Origin: Patescibacteria group bacterium
Lineage (GTDB): Bacteria; Patescibacteriota; WWE3; JAMCXX01
Length of the DNA: 64,000 nt
NCBI GenBank assembly: GCA_023474425.1
Contig: JAMCXX010000002.1
Span: 68,217-132,216 of the forward strand
Reading direction: 5' to 3'
The position numbers and the translations under genes are program-made. Numbering within the stretch: the stretch's first letter is position 1; each line of letters begins with the position of its first letter. Below are positions 44,867 through 54,941 of the stretch, in pieces. The notes below the pieces were generated by a model. It had not been told where the DNA came from, searched no databases, and was given only the letters and a program-made list of their open reading frames with translations.

Positions 44867-45571
44867 CTAAAGAGAGGTCGGGCTTTTTTCCAAATCCGAA
44901 AGTATCGGAGAATCGTGACCAACGGGAGACGGCGCCTCGGCCGTAAGACCTTCTAAGAGGCAGCGGGAAACTTCTCTGGAAAGTTTGAGCTGCCAAAAGT
45001 TTATCATTTTAAAGAGGAGCTCGCAAACGGTACTTAATGAGGTGTCAACCAAATTAATGGAGGCGAAGAGTTCGTTTTCCAAACGGACATCGAAATTAAG
45101 TGAGGAGTTGCGGTAAATTTCGGAAAGGTCATAGTTAAAAAGGGGTGCCACCTCCGAAAGCTTCGGCAGGCCGAAGAAAATAAAAAGGTCGTAGTTGTAA
45201 CCCAAATATTCGTAAGAAACCCGCTCTGCTTCAAAGGAACGCGTTTGCGGATGAAGAATTAACCGAAAAGTCCGGCCCTCCAAAAGGTAAGAAACCTTCT
45301 CCAACTGAACGCCGTTGGTGTCCAAATTAATGGCAAATTTTTTAGGACCTAAATCGTGGGTAATTACGGAAGACTCTGGAAGCGGATAACAGGCCTCGGG
45401 CACCTTTTCGGGAACCACCGCCCGGATTTTCTTAAAACCTTTAAAGAGGTGGTAAAAGGCCAGCATGGCCGCCACCGAATCGACAGACGGCTCCCAACCG
45501 GTAATGAGAGCCAGGCTTTTGGCATCATTAATAACCCGCAGAGCCTGCTGTGGCTCGGCCTGAATCTGCAT
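44867..45571 (-). CDS. DHH/NrnA-like protein with degenerate catalytic motifs
   Basis: Start at MQIQAEPQ (ATG 45571). LALITGWEPSVDSVAAMLAFYHLFKGFKKIRAVVP aligns by eye with the NrnA pattern I..H..PDGDA.GS..AL...L, but the DHH/DxD acidic residues are replaced. Confidence 0.4.
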   Translation of the reverse strand: MQIQAEPQQALRVINDAKSLALITGWEPSVDSVAAMLAFYHLFKGFKKIRAVVPEKVPEACYPLPESSVITHDLGPKKFAINLDTNGVQLEKVSYLLEGRTFRLILHPQTRSFEAERVSYEYLGYNYDLFIFFGLPKLSEVAPLFNYDLSEIYRNSSLNFDVRLENELFASINLVDTSLSTVCELLFKMINFWQLKLSREVSRCLLEGLTAEAPSPVGHDSPILSDLEKSPTSL

Positions 45572-45576
45572 AATCT

Positions 45577-47028
45577 TTACAAAACAACAATTTCGTCTCC
45601 CTCGCGCAAGTCGGCCGAACTTAAATCGGCGGAGAGGAGTAAACCACACTCGGCCGGGGCCGCTGCTTTATCCGCCTTTTCCTTGCCGATTTTTAAATTC
45701 TTAATAGAACTTCGAAACAGCTCCTCCTCGCCGCGCTTCACCAAAATATTTTGGGAAATTTTAAAAGTGCCGTTCTTAATTTTACAGCCCAAAACCTTAT
45801 CGCCGGAAGGCAGTTCAAAAATTTTAAGAACTAAGGCGCTTGGCTTGGCCCGCTCTTTCTTCCAGGCTAAAAGTCCCGAAAGCCCTAACTGCAACTCCTC
45901 TAGAAGTTTATAAATAACCTCGTAGGTTCTGACTTCCAGCTCATACTGGTCGGCCAAATCGCGGGCTGAGCCCAAAATTCGAACCCGAAAGCCGACGGCC
46001 AGAGACTGGGTATCACGGGCCAGGTAGATATCCGAATCGTTAATATCGCCCACGGCCGCCCGAACTATTTCCAAGCGGCTCTCCAAGCTTCCCAAACGTC
46101 CAATACTCTCCCGAAGCGCCTCGAGACTGCCGAGACTGTCCGCTTTTAAAATAATCTTAAGAACGGTTTTGGCGGCAGGAATTTTTGAAACCGATGTAGA
46201 GTCTTCATCTGCCTTTTTCGCCATTCCGGCGTCGGCCAGAACCAAACTCACGGGCTCTCCCGGAACGGCGGCTTCTTTTAGGCCCATAACCCAGGCCGCT
46301 TCGCCGGCGCCAAAGGAATTTAAAATCTGCCCCCGATCGTCGGTTAAATTTTTAATCTTGCCGGAAGTCTGACCAACATAAATTATGTCGCCGAGATTTA
46401 GTTTACCCGAGCGCAAAAGAACTAGCGATAGCGGACCTTTATGACGGTCGAGCAGGGACTCCACCACAAATCCTTCCAAAGGTCCGCTTTGCGAGCCGGC
46501 AAAATCGGAAACGTCGGTAATAAGTAAAATTAAATCCAAAAGTTTTTTTAAACTCTCCTCGTTTTTTATGCTTGTTTCCACCACCGGCACTTCCCCGCCC
46601 CAGCCCTCGAGTTGAAGCCCGTTCTCAGCCAACTGCCGTTTGACCTTCTCGGGGTTGCTTTCGGGCAAATCGGTTTTGGTAATGACCGCAACTACGTAAG
46701 GCTTGGTTTCCCGGATGTGGGCCAAAGCTTCCTGGGTTTGGGGTTTAACACCTTCGGTGGCGGCCACCACTAAAAGCACAATGTCCGCCATTTTCCCGCC
46801 GCGCCGACGCATGGAAAGAAAAGCCTCATGCCCTGGCGTGTCCACAAAAGTGATTTTACGTCCCTTATAAATTAGGGCGTGGGCCGAGATGCTTTGGGTA
46901 ATACCTCCCTCCTCCTTCTGAGCCAAAGCCGTTTTGGCCAGGGCGTCCAAAAGAGAGGTTTTTCCGTGGTCCACGTGGCCCATGATAGTCACAATCGGCG
47001 GTCTTTTGGCTAACTTCTCGTTCGGCAT
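45577..47028 (-). CDS. infB: Translation initiation factor IF-2, minimal form (483 aa, starts at the G domain)
   Basis: Contains [28 protein letters not shown] and TKTD. No N-terminal extension. Confidence 0.93.
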   Translation of the reverse strand: MPNEKLAKRPPIVTIMGHVDHGKTSLLDALAKTALAQKEEGGITQSISAHALIYKGRKITFVDTPGHEAFLSMRRRGGKMADIVLLVVAATEGVKPQTQEALAHIRETKPYVVAVITKTDLPESNPEKVKRQLAENGLQLEGWGGEVPVVETSIKNEESLKKLLDLILLITDVSDFAGSQSGPLEGFVVESLLDRHKGPLSLVLLRSGKLNLGDIIYVGQTSGKIKNLTDDRGQILNSFGAGEAAWVMGLKEAAVPGEPVSLVLADAGMAKKADEDSTSVSKIPAAKTVLKIILKADSLGSLEALRESIGRLGSLESRLEIVRAAVGDINDSDIYLARDTQSLAVGFRVRILGSARDLADQYELEVRTYEVIYKLLEELQLGLSGLLAWKKERAKPSALVLKIFELPSGDKVLGCKIKNGTFKISQNILVKRGEEELFRSSIKNLKIGKEKADKAAAPAECGLLLSADLSSADLREGDEIVVL

Positions 47029-47102
47029 AATTTTAACTAACTTTTACCCAACAACCTAATTATAAAACTTTTATGAAGGGAGGATTTGGGGAAGGCAGGA
47101 AA

Positions 47103-48278
47103 TTAAACTTCTGACGGCGGAGTTTCCGGCGGCGTCGTGGAGGCGGCGGGCATTTCTTTCTGCGCATCCAATATCTCATTGAGTCCCTTAGGCCCCAAAC
47201 CTTTAACGCCTTTAAGCTCTGCTGCCGAAAGTCGGCCCACTTTTTCCAAGAGACCTTCCTTTTGCAAAAGGTTAGCTACTCGCTTGGAAAGGCCGTCTGT
47301 ATTTTCACTCTCCAACCCGTCCGACACGGCAGCATTGGCCTTCTGCCCCAAAGCCCGAATGTCAATCTTCCACCCCGTAAGTTTGGCGGCCAATCTCACG
47401 TTCTGCCCGTCCTTGCCGATGGCCAGACTCACCTGACCCTCGTCCACCGTCACCGTGGCTTCTTTTTTCTTCCTGTTAAGCTCAACCCGCACCGTCTTGG
47501 CCGGAGAAAGAGCGTTGGCAATAAATTTAGCCGTCTCGGGATCAAAGGGTATAATGTCAATTCTCTCGTCCTTAACTTCGGCGATGACCGCCTGTACTCG
47601 GACGCCTTTTTGCCCCACGCAACTGCCCACCGGATCAACCTTTTGGTCATTGGAAGAAACGGCAATTTTGGTACGGCTGCCGGCCTCCCTGGCAATCGAC
47701 TTAATTTCCACCACTCCCGAAGTAATTTCCGGAACTTCCAGGGAAAAGAGAGCTTCAATAAATTTAGGGTCGGAGCGGGAAAGGATTATCTCTGGACCTT
47801 TTTCGGTCTGCTTAATTTCCTTAATGAGCGCCCGAATTCTCTGATTCAGCCGGTAGACTTCGGTAGCAATCTGCTCCGATTCCGGCATAACTGCCTGGGC
47901 TCGGCCCAAATCCACGAAGCAGACGCCGTTGCTCACCCGAAAAACATGACCGGCCGTAACCGTGCCCAACTTCTTGGCGTATTCTTCGCCGATAGCCGTT
48001 TTTTCGGCCTCCCGCAATCTCTGAATTAAAACCTGTTTGGCCGTCTGGGAGGCGATGCGGCCGAAGCCGGGCGGGGTTACATCCTCGCCGTTTTTAAAAA
48101 CTCTGGCCTCGCCGCTCTCCTTATCCACCGCGGCCGTAATCTCTTCTAAACTGCCGCCAAAATCTTTGCGGTAAGCCGAAACTAAAGCCTGTTCGATGGT
48201 AGCCAAAACGGCCTCCACCGAAAGCCCTTTTTCCGAGCAAACTTGATTTAGTGCGGCGCTAAATTCAGACTGAACCAT
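47103..48278 (-). CDS. nusA: Transcription termination/antitermination factor NusA
   Basis: 391 aa with an S1 domain, two KH domains (GSRTKIAV...VDPVGSCVGQKGVRVQ; SLAIGKDGQNVRLAAKLTGWKIDI) and a C-terminal HhH. Confidence 0.93.
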   Translation of the reverse strand: MVQSEFSAALNQVCSEKGLSVEAVLATIEQALVSAYRKDFGGSLEEITAAVDKESGEARVFKNGEDVTPPGFGRIASQTAKQVLIQRLREAEKTAIGEEYAKKLGTVTAGHVFRVSNGVCFVDLGRAQAVMPESEQIATEVYRLNQRIRALIKEIKQTEKGPEIILSRSDPKFIEALFSLEVPEITSGVVEIKSIAREAGSRTKIAVSSNDQKVDPVGSCVGQKGVRVQAVIAEVKDERIDIIPFDPETAKFIANALSPAKTVRVELNRKKKEATVTVDEGQVSLAIGKDGQNVRLAAKLTGWKIDIRALGQKANAAVSDGLESENTDGLSKRVANLLQKEGLLEKVGRLSAAELKGVKGLGPKGLNEILDAQKEMPAASTTPPETPPSEV

Positions 48279-48423
48279 AATCGCAGCCGCGCTCGGCGCG
48301 GCGAAGATTCCCCTAAAGCCTTGGGCGAAGGGGGAAAGAATGTAATCCCGTTACGATCCGCCTCCGCTGAAGCTACGGCGGATTGATGCTCGCTAAATTC
48401 ACACGATCTTATTAAGCGATCAT

Positions 48424-48451
48424 CAAAAATAAAGGTGGATTTTACTCCACC
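48424..48451 (-). terminator. Intrinsic-terminator-like hairpin at the 5' end of the nusA leader
   Basis: On the minus strand: GGTGGA-GTAAAA-TCCACC followed by TTTATTTTTG. Confidence 0.6.
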
Positions 48452-48461
48452 CTGCAAAATC

Positions 48462-48490
48462 AATTTACCAAAAATTTCCCTTTCGGTCAA
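48462..48490 (-). promoter_or_regulatory. Sigma70-like promoter upstream of the nusA leader
   Basis: On the minus strand, TTGACC (48490-48485), 17 nt, TAAATT (48467-48462). The predicted start is about 48455, 4 nt before the hairpin. Confidence 0.5.
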
Positions 48491-48606
48491 CTATATGTAT
48501 TGGCTAATTACTGCGCAAAGAGACGGAACCCGAGTCTTCTCACCGTCGTGTATCAATGATTTAAGTCGTTAAAGCAACTAGGCCTTAAACTTCCTGTCCT
48601 CATGAC

Positions 48607-48635
48607 TAGCCAGGGCACGGCCTTTCGTCTACAAT
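48607..48635 (+). promoter_or_regulatory. Candidate promoter of the TraD/VirD4-like ATPase gene
   Basis: TAGCCA, 17 nt, TACAAT (48630-48635), then 9 nt to the ATG at 48645. Confidence 0.35.
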
Positions 48636-48644
48636 CAAAATTGT

Positions 48645-51200
48645 ATGGTACCCTATTCTGCCTTTACCCGCCCAAACGAGAATGCTTTGGAACCCGGCAC
48701 GGAAATAGAGAAAAAACCGGAAAATCAAACGCCTTCGGAGCCGCTCAAAATTCTGCCCCGCGAAAACGAATCTCAAAAAGCTGTGAACAAAGAACCCGAA
48801 AGGGTTGTCCACCTTAAAGCTCGCGAAATTGAAACTCCTCAAATCAGCCAAAAAGAAAGTCAGATCGGTAACAATTCCCTACCGCTTTCGGAAACTGAAA
48901 TTAAGGAATACACCCGTTTTCCCATTTATACCGAGGTCCGCTGGCTGGCCGAGTGGAGCCTTAGGCAAATCAAAAAACTTAATCCTTTTTCTTCGCGCGG
49001 CGAAGTCGCTTCTTTAAATATGGTTTTTTTCGAGGTCACCACCCCACGTCAAAACGAAATTGAAATTCCGGCCGCCGAGCAGATGTTTGCCAATCTCGCC
49101 GGCCTCTACCGCGGCGGAATTTTTCACTTTTTAAAAAAACAGGTTTTCCTAAGCCTTGAAATCGTGGCCGATCCGGGAGAAATCCGTTTTGTGGTCGGCT
49201 GTCCAAAAGAGGTTAAAACCTTTGTGGAGAAACAGATTCACGGCTCCTACCCCGCGGCCGAAATTGTGGAAATTCCCGAATACAATCCTTTTAAAAAAGA
49301 GGGTTACGTTTCCCTAGCCGAGCTTGTTACCACAGGTCCCGCTTACTACTCCATTCAAACTTACAAGGAAGTGGAGGAGAAAATTGACCCCCTCAACAAC
49401 ATTACCTCGAGCCTTTCTAAACTTAACCCCAACGAGTCGGCTGTCATTCAAATAGCCATCTCCCCGGCCGGGCCGCATTGGTCGCAAAAAGGCCAGCGGG
49501 TGGTTTTTAAGTCCAAGAATGTGGACCCCGAGAAAAAACAATACGTCCTAGACGAACGGATTGTTGAAGGAATTAACAAAAAAATTGCCAAGCTGGGATT
49601 TTTTGCCGTCGTCCGCATTGTCTCCAGCTCGCCCGACCAAAATTCGGCCAAAATTCAGGCGGAAAACATTGCCCGCTCATTTGAGCAGTTTTCTGTGCCC
49701 CACCTGGCCTCTTTTCGCTCCAAGCCGATTTGGGTCAAAAAGTGGTTCATGCATGACTTTCTCTATCGCCACACGCCGCGTTTCCGGCACAACACCGTAC
49801 TTTCCACTGAAGAGTTAGCCACCATTTTTCACTTTCCGGGGAAACTTACTCAAACACCCAACATTAAGTGGATGCTTGCCAAAACCGGAGCACCGCCGCA
49901 AAACCTTCCGGCCGAAGGTTTGTATATAGGCATTTCCGCCTACCGCGGCGTACAAAAAGCGATTCATCTTAAAACCGACGACCGTCGACGCCATCTCTAT
50001 GTCATTGGGCAAACCGGCACGGGTAAATCGGAATTCTTAAAAATGCTGGCCCGCCAGGACATAAACGAAGGCCGTGGTTTGGCCTTTATTGACCCTCACG
50101 GCGATGCCGTGGAAGACTTACTCAAAACCATTCCCGAAAACCGGGTTGACGACGTCATTTATTTTGACCCCGGTGACACGCAGCGCCCACCGGGCCTAAA
50201 CATACTGGAAGCGGAAAGTGAAGAAGGAAAACATTTGGCCATTAACTCCTTTATTGCCCTCCTGTACAAACTCTACGACCCCAACCGCACCGGCATTATG
50301 GGGCCCCAGCTGGAGCGGGCCATCCGCAACGTAATGCTTACGGCCATGAGCGAGCCGGGAAATACTATGGTAGAAGTTTTGCGCCTCTTAACCGACCCGG
50401 CCTTTGCCAACTCCAAACTGCCGCTAATTGCCGACCCGTTAGTTAAGCGTTATTGGACCGATGAACTGGCCCGAACTTCCGATTTTCACAAGAGCGAAAA
50501 GCTGGGCTACTTTGTTTCCAAGTTCGACCGCTTTGTGACGGAAAAATTAATGAGAAACATTATTGGCCAGTCCACCTCCTCGTTTAACTTAAGGGGTGTA
50601 ATGGACCAAAAGAAAATTCTTCTAATCAATCTTTCCAAAGGCAAAATCGGCGAAGAAAATTCCAACTTTTTGGGGCTCATTCTCGTTCCCCGAATTCTCA
50701 TCGCCGCCATGAGCCGGGTGGACCAAAAGGAGGAAGAGCGGCAGGATTTTTACCTTTATGTGGACGAGTTCCAGAATTTTGCTACGCCGGACTTCGTGCA
50801 GATTCTCTCCGAAGCCCGCAAGTATCGCTTGAGCCTGCAGGTGGCTAATCAGTTTATTGGCCAGCTTGACGACAAAATTAAAGACGCCGTTTTTGGCAAT
50901 GTGGGCACAACCGTGGCCTTTAGGGTGGGTGCCGACGACGCCGAATATTTGGAGCACCAATTTGAGCCTTTATTTAACAAGTCTGATCTTTTGAACAGCC
51001 CCACCGGCCAGGCCTACATGCGCCTGCTTATTGACGGTCAGCCGTCAATACCTTTCTCCATGAAAGTTGATTGGAAAGTTATTTCGGCGGTGAGGAAGAA
51101 TTTAGAACTGGCGGAAAAAATTAAGGAAATCTCCCGCCAACGATATGGCCGAGATGCCAAACTCGTTGACGAGGAAATTAGGATTAGAAGCGGACTTTAA
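48645..51200 (+). CDS. TraD/VirD4 (type IV coupling protein)-like P-loop ATPase with an unassigned 400-aa N-terminal region and no TM helices
   Basis: 851 aa with Walker [26 protein letters not shown], Walker [11 protein letters not shown], and [19 protein letters not shown]...[13 protein letters not shown], typical of TraD/TraG/VirD4 C-terminal halves. Confidence 0.65.
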   Translation: MVPYSAFTRPNENALEPGTEIEKKPENQTPSEPLKILPRENESQKAVNKEPERVVHLKAREIETPQISQKESQIGNNSLPLSETEIKEYTRFPIYTEVRWLAEWSLRQIKKLNPFSSRGEVASLNMVFFEVTTPRQNEIEIPAAEQMFANLAGLYRGGIFHFLKKQVFLSLEIVADPGEIRFVVGCPKEVKTFVEKQIHGSYPAAEIVEIPEYNPFKKEGYVSLAELVTTGPAYYSIQTYKEVEEKIDPLNNITSSLSKLNPNESAVIQIAISPAGPHWSQKGQRVVFKSKNVDPEKKQYVLDERIVEGINKKIAKLGFFAVVRIVSSSPDQNSAKIQAENIARSFEQFSVPHLASFRSKPIWVKKWFMHDFLYRHTPRFRHNTVLSTEELATIFHFPGKLTQTPNIKWMLAKTGAPPQNLPAEGLYIGISAYRGVQKAIHLKTDDRRRHLYVIGQTGTGKSEFLKMLARQDINEGRGLAFIDPHGDAVEDLLKTIPENRVDDVIYFDPGDTQRPPGLNILEAESEEGKHLAINSFIALLYKLYDPNRTGIMGPQLERAIRNVMLTAMSEPGNTMVEVLRLLTDPAFANSKLPLIADPLVKRYWTDELARTSDFHKSEKLGYFVSKFDRFVTEKLMRNIIGQSTSSFNLRGVMDQKKILLINLSKGKIGEENSNFLGLILVPRILIAAMSRVDQKEEERQDFYLYVDEFQNFATPDFVQILSEARKYRLSLQVANQFIGQLDDKIKDAVFGNVGTTVAFRVGADDAEYLEHQFEPLFNKSDLLNSPTGQAYMRLLIDGQPSIPFSMKVDWKVISAVRKNLELAEKIKEISRQRYGRDAKLVDEEIRIRSGL

Positions 51201-52147
51201 GTTATATCTCGTAACTCTTCCAAAAGCTCTCTTTCGCGCTTGCCGGGCTTTTTGGGGACGGCGATAATTATGCGCACATAGTGGTCACCGGTCCCACGAT
51301 TGGATTTAACACCCTTGCCTTTGATTCTAAAAACCGTGCCGCTCAAGGTACCGCTCGGAACCGAGAGCTTGACTGGACTCTGCACGGTCTCGACTTCTAT
51401 TTTGTCACCCAAAACCGCCTGCGGATAAGAAATTAAAACTTCCGAGAAAACGTCATCGCCCTCACGGTTAAACCGGGGATGTGTCCCTACCCGCAAACTA
51501 ATGTAAAGGTCCCCGTTTGGTAAATTCCGGCCATCGCGGGTGCGGCCCGGCTCACCTTCTCCGGCAAATCTAATCTTTGTTCCCGTACGGGCGCCTTGGG
51601 GAATTTTTACATGCAGGGTTTTGCCGTCAACGTTCACCGTTTTCTCCGAGCCGCTAACAGCTTCCATAAAATCTACATCCATTACATAACTTAAGTCGCG
51701 GCCCTTGTTCGGCTCCCGGCGTCCACCAAAACCTCTAAAACCGAATACGGATTCAAAAATGTCGAAGGGGTCGGCAAAGTCCCCTCCTTCAGAGAAACCC
51801 TCAAATCCATCAGCTGACGGACCGCCGGAAGAATAGGTATAGGTAAAGGGCCCCCACTGACCGGTTTGAGCGCCGCCAAAGGGGTTAAAGCCAGATTGTC
51901 CCGCGGAGCGGGATCCCGCCTCGCGGGAAAAGGCCGCGTGGCCAAAGCGGTCGTAGGCCGCCTTTTTCTGCGGGTCAGAAAGAATTTGGTAGGCTTCGTT
52001 AATTTCCTTAAAACGCGCCTCGGCTCCGGGGCTTTTGTCCACATCGGGATGGTGCTTGCGGGCCAATTCCCGGTAGGCCTTTTTAATTTCGTCGACTGCA
52101 GCGCCTTTTTTTAAACCCAATATTTCGTAATAGTCTCTTATTGGCAT
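51197..52147 (-). CDS. J-domain co-chaperone, CbpA-like (DnaJ lacking the CxxCxGxG zinc-finger domain)
   Basis: 316 aa with [31 protein letters not shown], a G/F-rich region and two C-terminal beta domains. Contains no cysteines. Confidence 0.85.
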   Translation of the reverse strand: MPIRDYYEILGLKKGAAVDEIKKAYRELARKHHPDVDKSPGAEARFKEINEAYQILSDPQKKAAYDRFGHAAFSREAGSRSAGQSGFNPFGGAQTGQWGPFTYTYSSGGPSADGFEGFSEGGDFADPFDIFESVFGFRGFGGRREPNKGRDLSYVMDVDFMEAVSGSEKTVNVDGKTLHVKIPQGARTGTKIRFAGEGEPGRTRDGRNLPNGDLYISLRVGTHPRFNREGDDVFSEVLISYPQAVLGDKIEVETVQSPVKLSVPSGTLSGTVFRIKGKGVKSNRGTGDHYVRIIIAVPKKPGKRERELLEELRDIT

Positions 52148-52187
52148 AAACCAAATTATACTCGGGAATTGTAAATGATGAGAAAAC

Positions 52188-52397
52188 TTAAAGAGGTTTC
52201 GCCGGCTGGACTTCCTTGCTTTGACAAATCATACACTCAAAATTCTCACCCTCCTTAAGACAATTGGGACAGATAAAAAGTCCGTCTCTTTCAATTAATT
52301 CCGACTCCTGGCAGTTGTTGCAGAGAAAGGCCACCGAATCGGCGGAAATGTTGCCGCAGTTTGGACAGTTGAATCTGACTTCTTTCTTTCGAGACAT
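52188..52397 (-). CDS. Small double zinc-ribbon protein (4 x CxxC)
   Basis: 69 aa with CPNC, CNNC, CPNC and CMIC. Lies between dnaK and the J-protein gene. Confidence 0.55.
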   Translation of the reverse strand: MSRKKEVRFNCPNCGNISADSVAFLCNNCQESELIERDGLFICPNCLKEGENFECMICQSKEVQPAKPL

Positions 52398-52424
52398 AAA
52401 AACAGGTCTTTAGGCAAAAGATCT

Positions 52425-52481
52425 GAAGGTCTGCAGCAGTCTTCTCGAAAGAACTTCTGACCTAAAAACCTGCTGACCTTC
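52425..52481 (-). promoter_or_regulatory. Long stem-loop between dnaK and the downstream genes (possible leaky terminator or processing site)
   Basis: GAAGGTC(TGC)AGCAG (52425-52439) pairs with CTGCTGACCTTC (52470-52481). On the minus strand it is followed by AGATCTTTTG. Confidence 0.35.
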
Positions 52482-52489
52482 TACCCTAA

Positions 52490-54415
52490 TTACTCTTCCA
52501 CCACTTCTCCCTCTTTAACTTCTCCTCCGTTGTCGCCGTTTTGGCCGTCGGTTGAAGGCCCGGACTGCGGACCGCTGCCCTGACCGCCTTGAGGCCCGCC
52601 CGTACCGCCTTCTGGTGAGCTTGCCGAACCATACATAGACTGACCAATCTGCTGCATAGCCCGCGAAAGCTCGTCGGTCTTATTCTTAAGAACCTCCAGA
52701 CTGGCACTCGAAAGAACGTCCCTCAAATCCTTGATTTTTGCCTCCACTTCGGCGCGCACGGATGCCGGAACTTTTTCTCCTCCGTCTCTTAAAGCTTTCT
52801 CCGCGGCATAACACATATTATCGGCAACATTTCGGGCCTCCACAAGTTCTTTGCGCGATTTGTCCTCGCCGGCGTGAGCCTCGGCTTCCTTTTGCATACG
52901 GTCAACTTCTTCTTTGGAAAGACCGGTGGAGCCGGTGATGGTTATTTTTTGTTCCTTGCCGGTGGCCTTATCTTTGGCACTAACGTGGAGAATGCCGTTG
53001 GCGTCAATGTCAAAAAGAACTTCCACCTGGGGCACGCCGCGGGGCGCTGGGGCAATCCCGTCCAAAATAAAACGGCCGAGGGATTTGTTGTCCGCGGCCA
53101 TGGGGCGCTCACCCTGCAAAACATTAATTTCTACCGAGGTTTGATTGTCCGCGGCCGTGGAAAAGATTTCGGACTTGGAGGTGGGAACGGTGGTGTTGCG
53201 GGCAATGAGCACCGTATCCACGCCGCCCATTGTTTCGATGCCTAGTGAAAGCGGGGTCACATCTAAAAGCAAAACGTCCTTAACTTCGCCGCCCAAGACG
53301 CCGCCCTGAATAGCCGCGCCCACGGCCACAACTTCGTCGGGATTAACTCCTTTGTGCGGCTCCTTACCAAAAAAGCTTTTAACCCGCTCCTGAACCTTTG
53401 GCATGCGGGTCATACCGCCTACGAGAACTACTTCGTCAACTTTGCCGGCTTCCAGCCCGGCGTCTTTTAGAGCCTGTTGGCAGGATTCAAATGACCTATC
53501 CACTAAATCCTCGGTGAGTTGCTCCAGCTTGGCCCGGGTGAGCTTGGTTACCAAATGCTTGGGGCCGGTTGAGTCGGCCGTAATATAGGGAATATTAATC
53601 TCCGCCTCCAGCGATGAAGAGAGTTCAATTTTGGCCCGCTCAGCCGCATCCCTGATTCTCTGCAAAGCCTGGCGGTCTTTGGCAAGGTCAATCCCCTCCG
53701 TCTTCCGGAAATTTTCGGTCAGATAATTAATAACCCGCTGATCAAAATCATCACCGCCCAGGTGGGTATCCCCGGCCGTGGACTTAACCTCAAAAACTCC
53801 CTCGCCCAACTCCAAAACGGAAACGTCAAAAGTGCCGCCGCCCAAATCGTAAACCACAATCGTGTGGGAATGAGTTTTATCCAAGCCGTAAGCCAGAGCC
53901 GCCGCGGTGGGTTCGTTAATAATTCTTTTGACGGTAAGACCGGCAATTTCCCCCGCCTGCTTGGTGGCCTGACGCTGAGAATCATCAAAATAGGCCGGCA
54001 CGGTAATGACCGCCTCGGTCACTTTTTCTCCCAAGTAACTCTCCGCGTCGGTTTTAATCTTAGAAAGAATTTTTGCGGAAATTTCCTGCGGCGTAAAAGT
54101 TTGGCCCTCCACCTCGACCACGGCCATATCGTTGGCGCCGGATTTAATTGTGTAGGGAAGCCATTTAATATCAAACTGCACCGAAGGGTCGGAAAACTTG
54201 CGGCCCATAAGCCTCTTAATCGAAAAAATGGTGTTTTTAGGATTGACTATGGCCTGCCGTTTAGCCACATCGCCGACCAGATTTTTGATCGGGTCCACCA
54301 CCGAGGGAATCACATTGCGGCCCTCGCTGCTGTAAATAACCTTAGGTTTGCCGCCTTCCATAACGGCCACGCAGGAGTTGGTTGTTCCCAAATCAATTCC
54401 GATAATTTTGCTCAT
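52490..54415 (-). CDS. dnaK: Chaperone DnaK (Hsp70)
   Basis: 641 aa with [25 protein letters not shown] and the EEVD-like tail VVEE. Confidence 0.97.
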   Translation of the reverse strand: MSKIIGIDLGTTNSCVAVMEGGKPKVIYSSEGRNVIPSVVDPIKNLVGDVAKRQAIVNPKNTIFSIKRLMGRKFSDPSVQFDIKWLPYTIKSGANDMAVVEVEGQTFTPQEISAKILSKIKTDAESYLGEKVTEAVITVPAYFDDSQRQATKQAGEIAGLTVKRIINEPTAAALAYGLDKTHSHTIVVYDLGGGTFDVSVLELGEGVFEVKSTAGDTHLGGDDFDQRVINYLTENFRKTEGIDLAKDRQALQRIRDAAERAKIELSSSLEAEINIPYITADSTGPKHLVTKLTRAKLEQLTEDLVDRSFESCQQALKDAGLEAGKVDEVVLVGGMTRMPKVQERVKSFFGKEPHKGVNPDEVVAVGAAIQGGVLGGEVKDVLLLDVTPLSLGIETMGGVDTVLIARNTTVPTSKSEIFSTAADNQTSVEINVLQGERPMAADNKSLGRFILDGIAPAPRGVPQVEVLFDIDANGILHVSAKDKATGKEQKITITGSTGLSKEEVDRMQKEAEAHAGEDKSRKELVEARNVADNMCYAAEKALRDGGEKVPASVRAEVEAKIKDLRDVLSSASLEVLKNKTDELSRAMQQIGQSMYGSASSPEGGTGGPQGGQGSGPQSGPSTDGQNGDNGGEVKEGEVVEE

Positions 54416-54441
54416 AATTCTGAATCTTTAATCTTAAAGCA

Positions 54442-54900
54442 TCAGGCAACCTTCGAAACCTTAACTTTCGCCGGTCTTAAAACCTTCTCTCCTATTATAT
54501 AACCCTTGGCAACTACCTCAACAACTTTTGAATCTTCGCTGCCGGCAACTACCTCAACACACTCCTGAAAATTCGGGTCGAAGCTATCCCCAGCCTTAAC
54601 CTGAATTTCTTCTAACCCCTCGCCGGTTAAAATTGACTTAAAATCATCGATGATTATGCCTAGACCGCGATCGTTAGAGTGGGCCCGGGCCAGCTCCAGG
54701 TGGTCCAAAACGGTTAAGAGTCGAGCGAGAAGTAAGCGGTTGGAAAATTTGGCCCAGTCCTCTTTTTCCTTGGCCGTTCTTTTTTCCAAATTCTGGTAAT
54801 CGGCTACGGCTCTCTTCCATTTATTGGTCAAATCGGCGACTTCTTTTTCCAAGTCGATGATCTTTTGTTGAAACTCGTCGGTCGAAACTGCATCGTTCAT
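54442..54900 (-). CDS. grpE: Nucleotide exchange factor GrpE
   Basis: 152 aa with a coiled N-terminus and C-terminal FDPNFQECV...GYIIGEKVLRPAKVKV. Confidence 0.9.
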   Translation of the reverse strand: MNDAVSTDEFQQKIIDLEKEVADLTNKWKRAVADYQNLEKRTAKEKEDWAKFSNRLLLARLLTVLDHLELARAHSNDRGLGIIIDDFKSILTGEGLEEIQVKAGDSFDPNFQECVEVVAGSEDSKVVEVVAKGYIIGEKVLRPAKVKVSKVA

Positions 54901-54941
54901 AATGTTACCTTTACCCTATTTTTTAATAACTGTAAAGAAAA

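Noticed and set aside
48248-48490. 80-aa minus-strand ORF upstream of nusA (a possible rimP).
   Set aside because: Its sequence has no RimP-like features. It spans the terminator hairpin and GC-rich hairpins and overlaps the nusA start. It is better explained as a non-coding leader.
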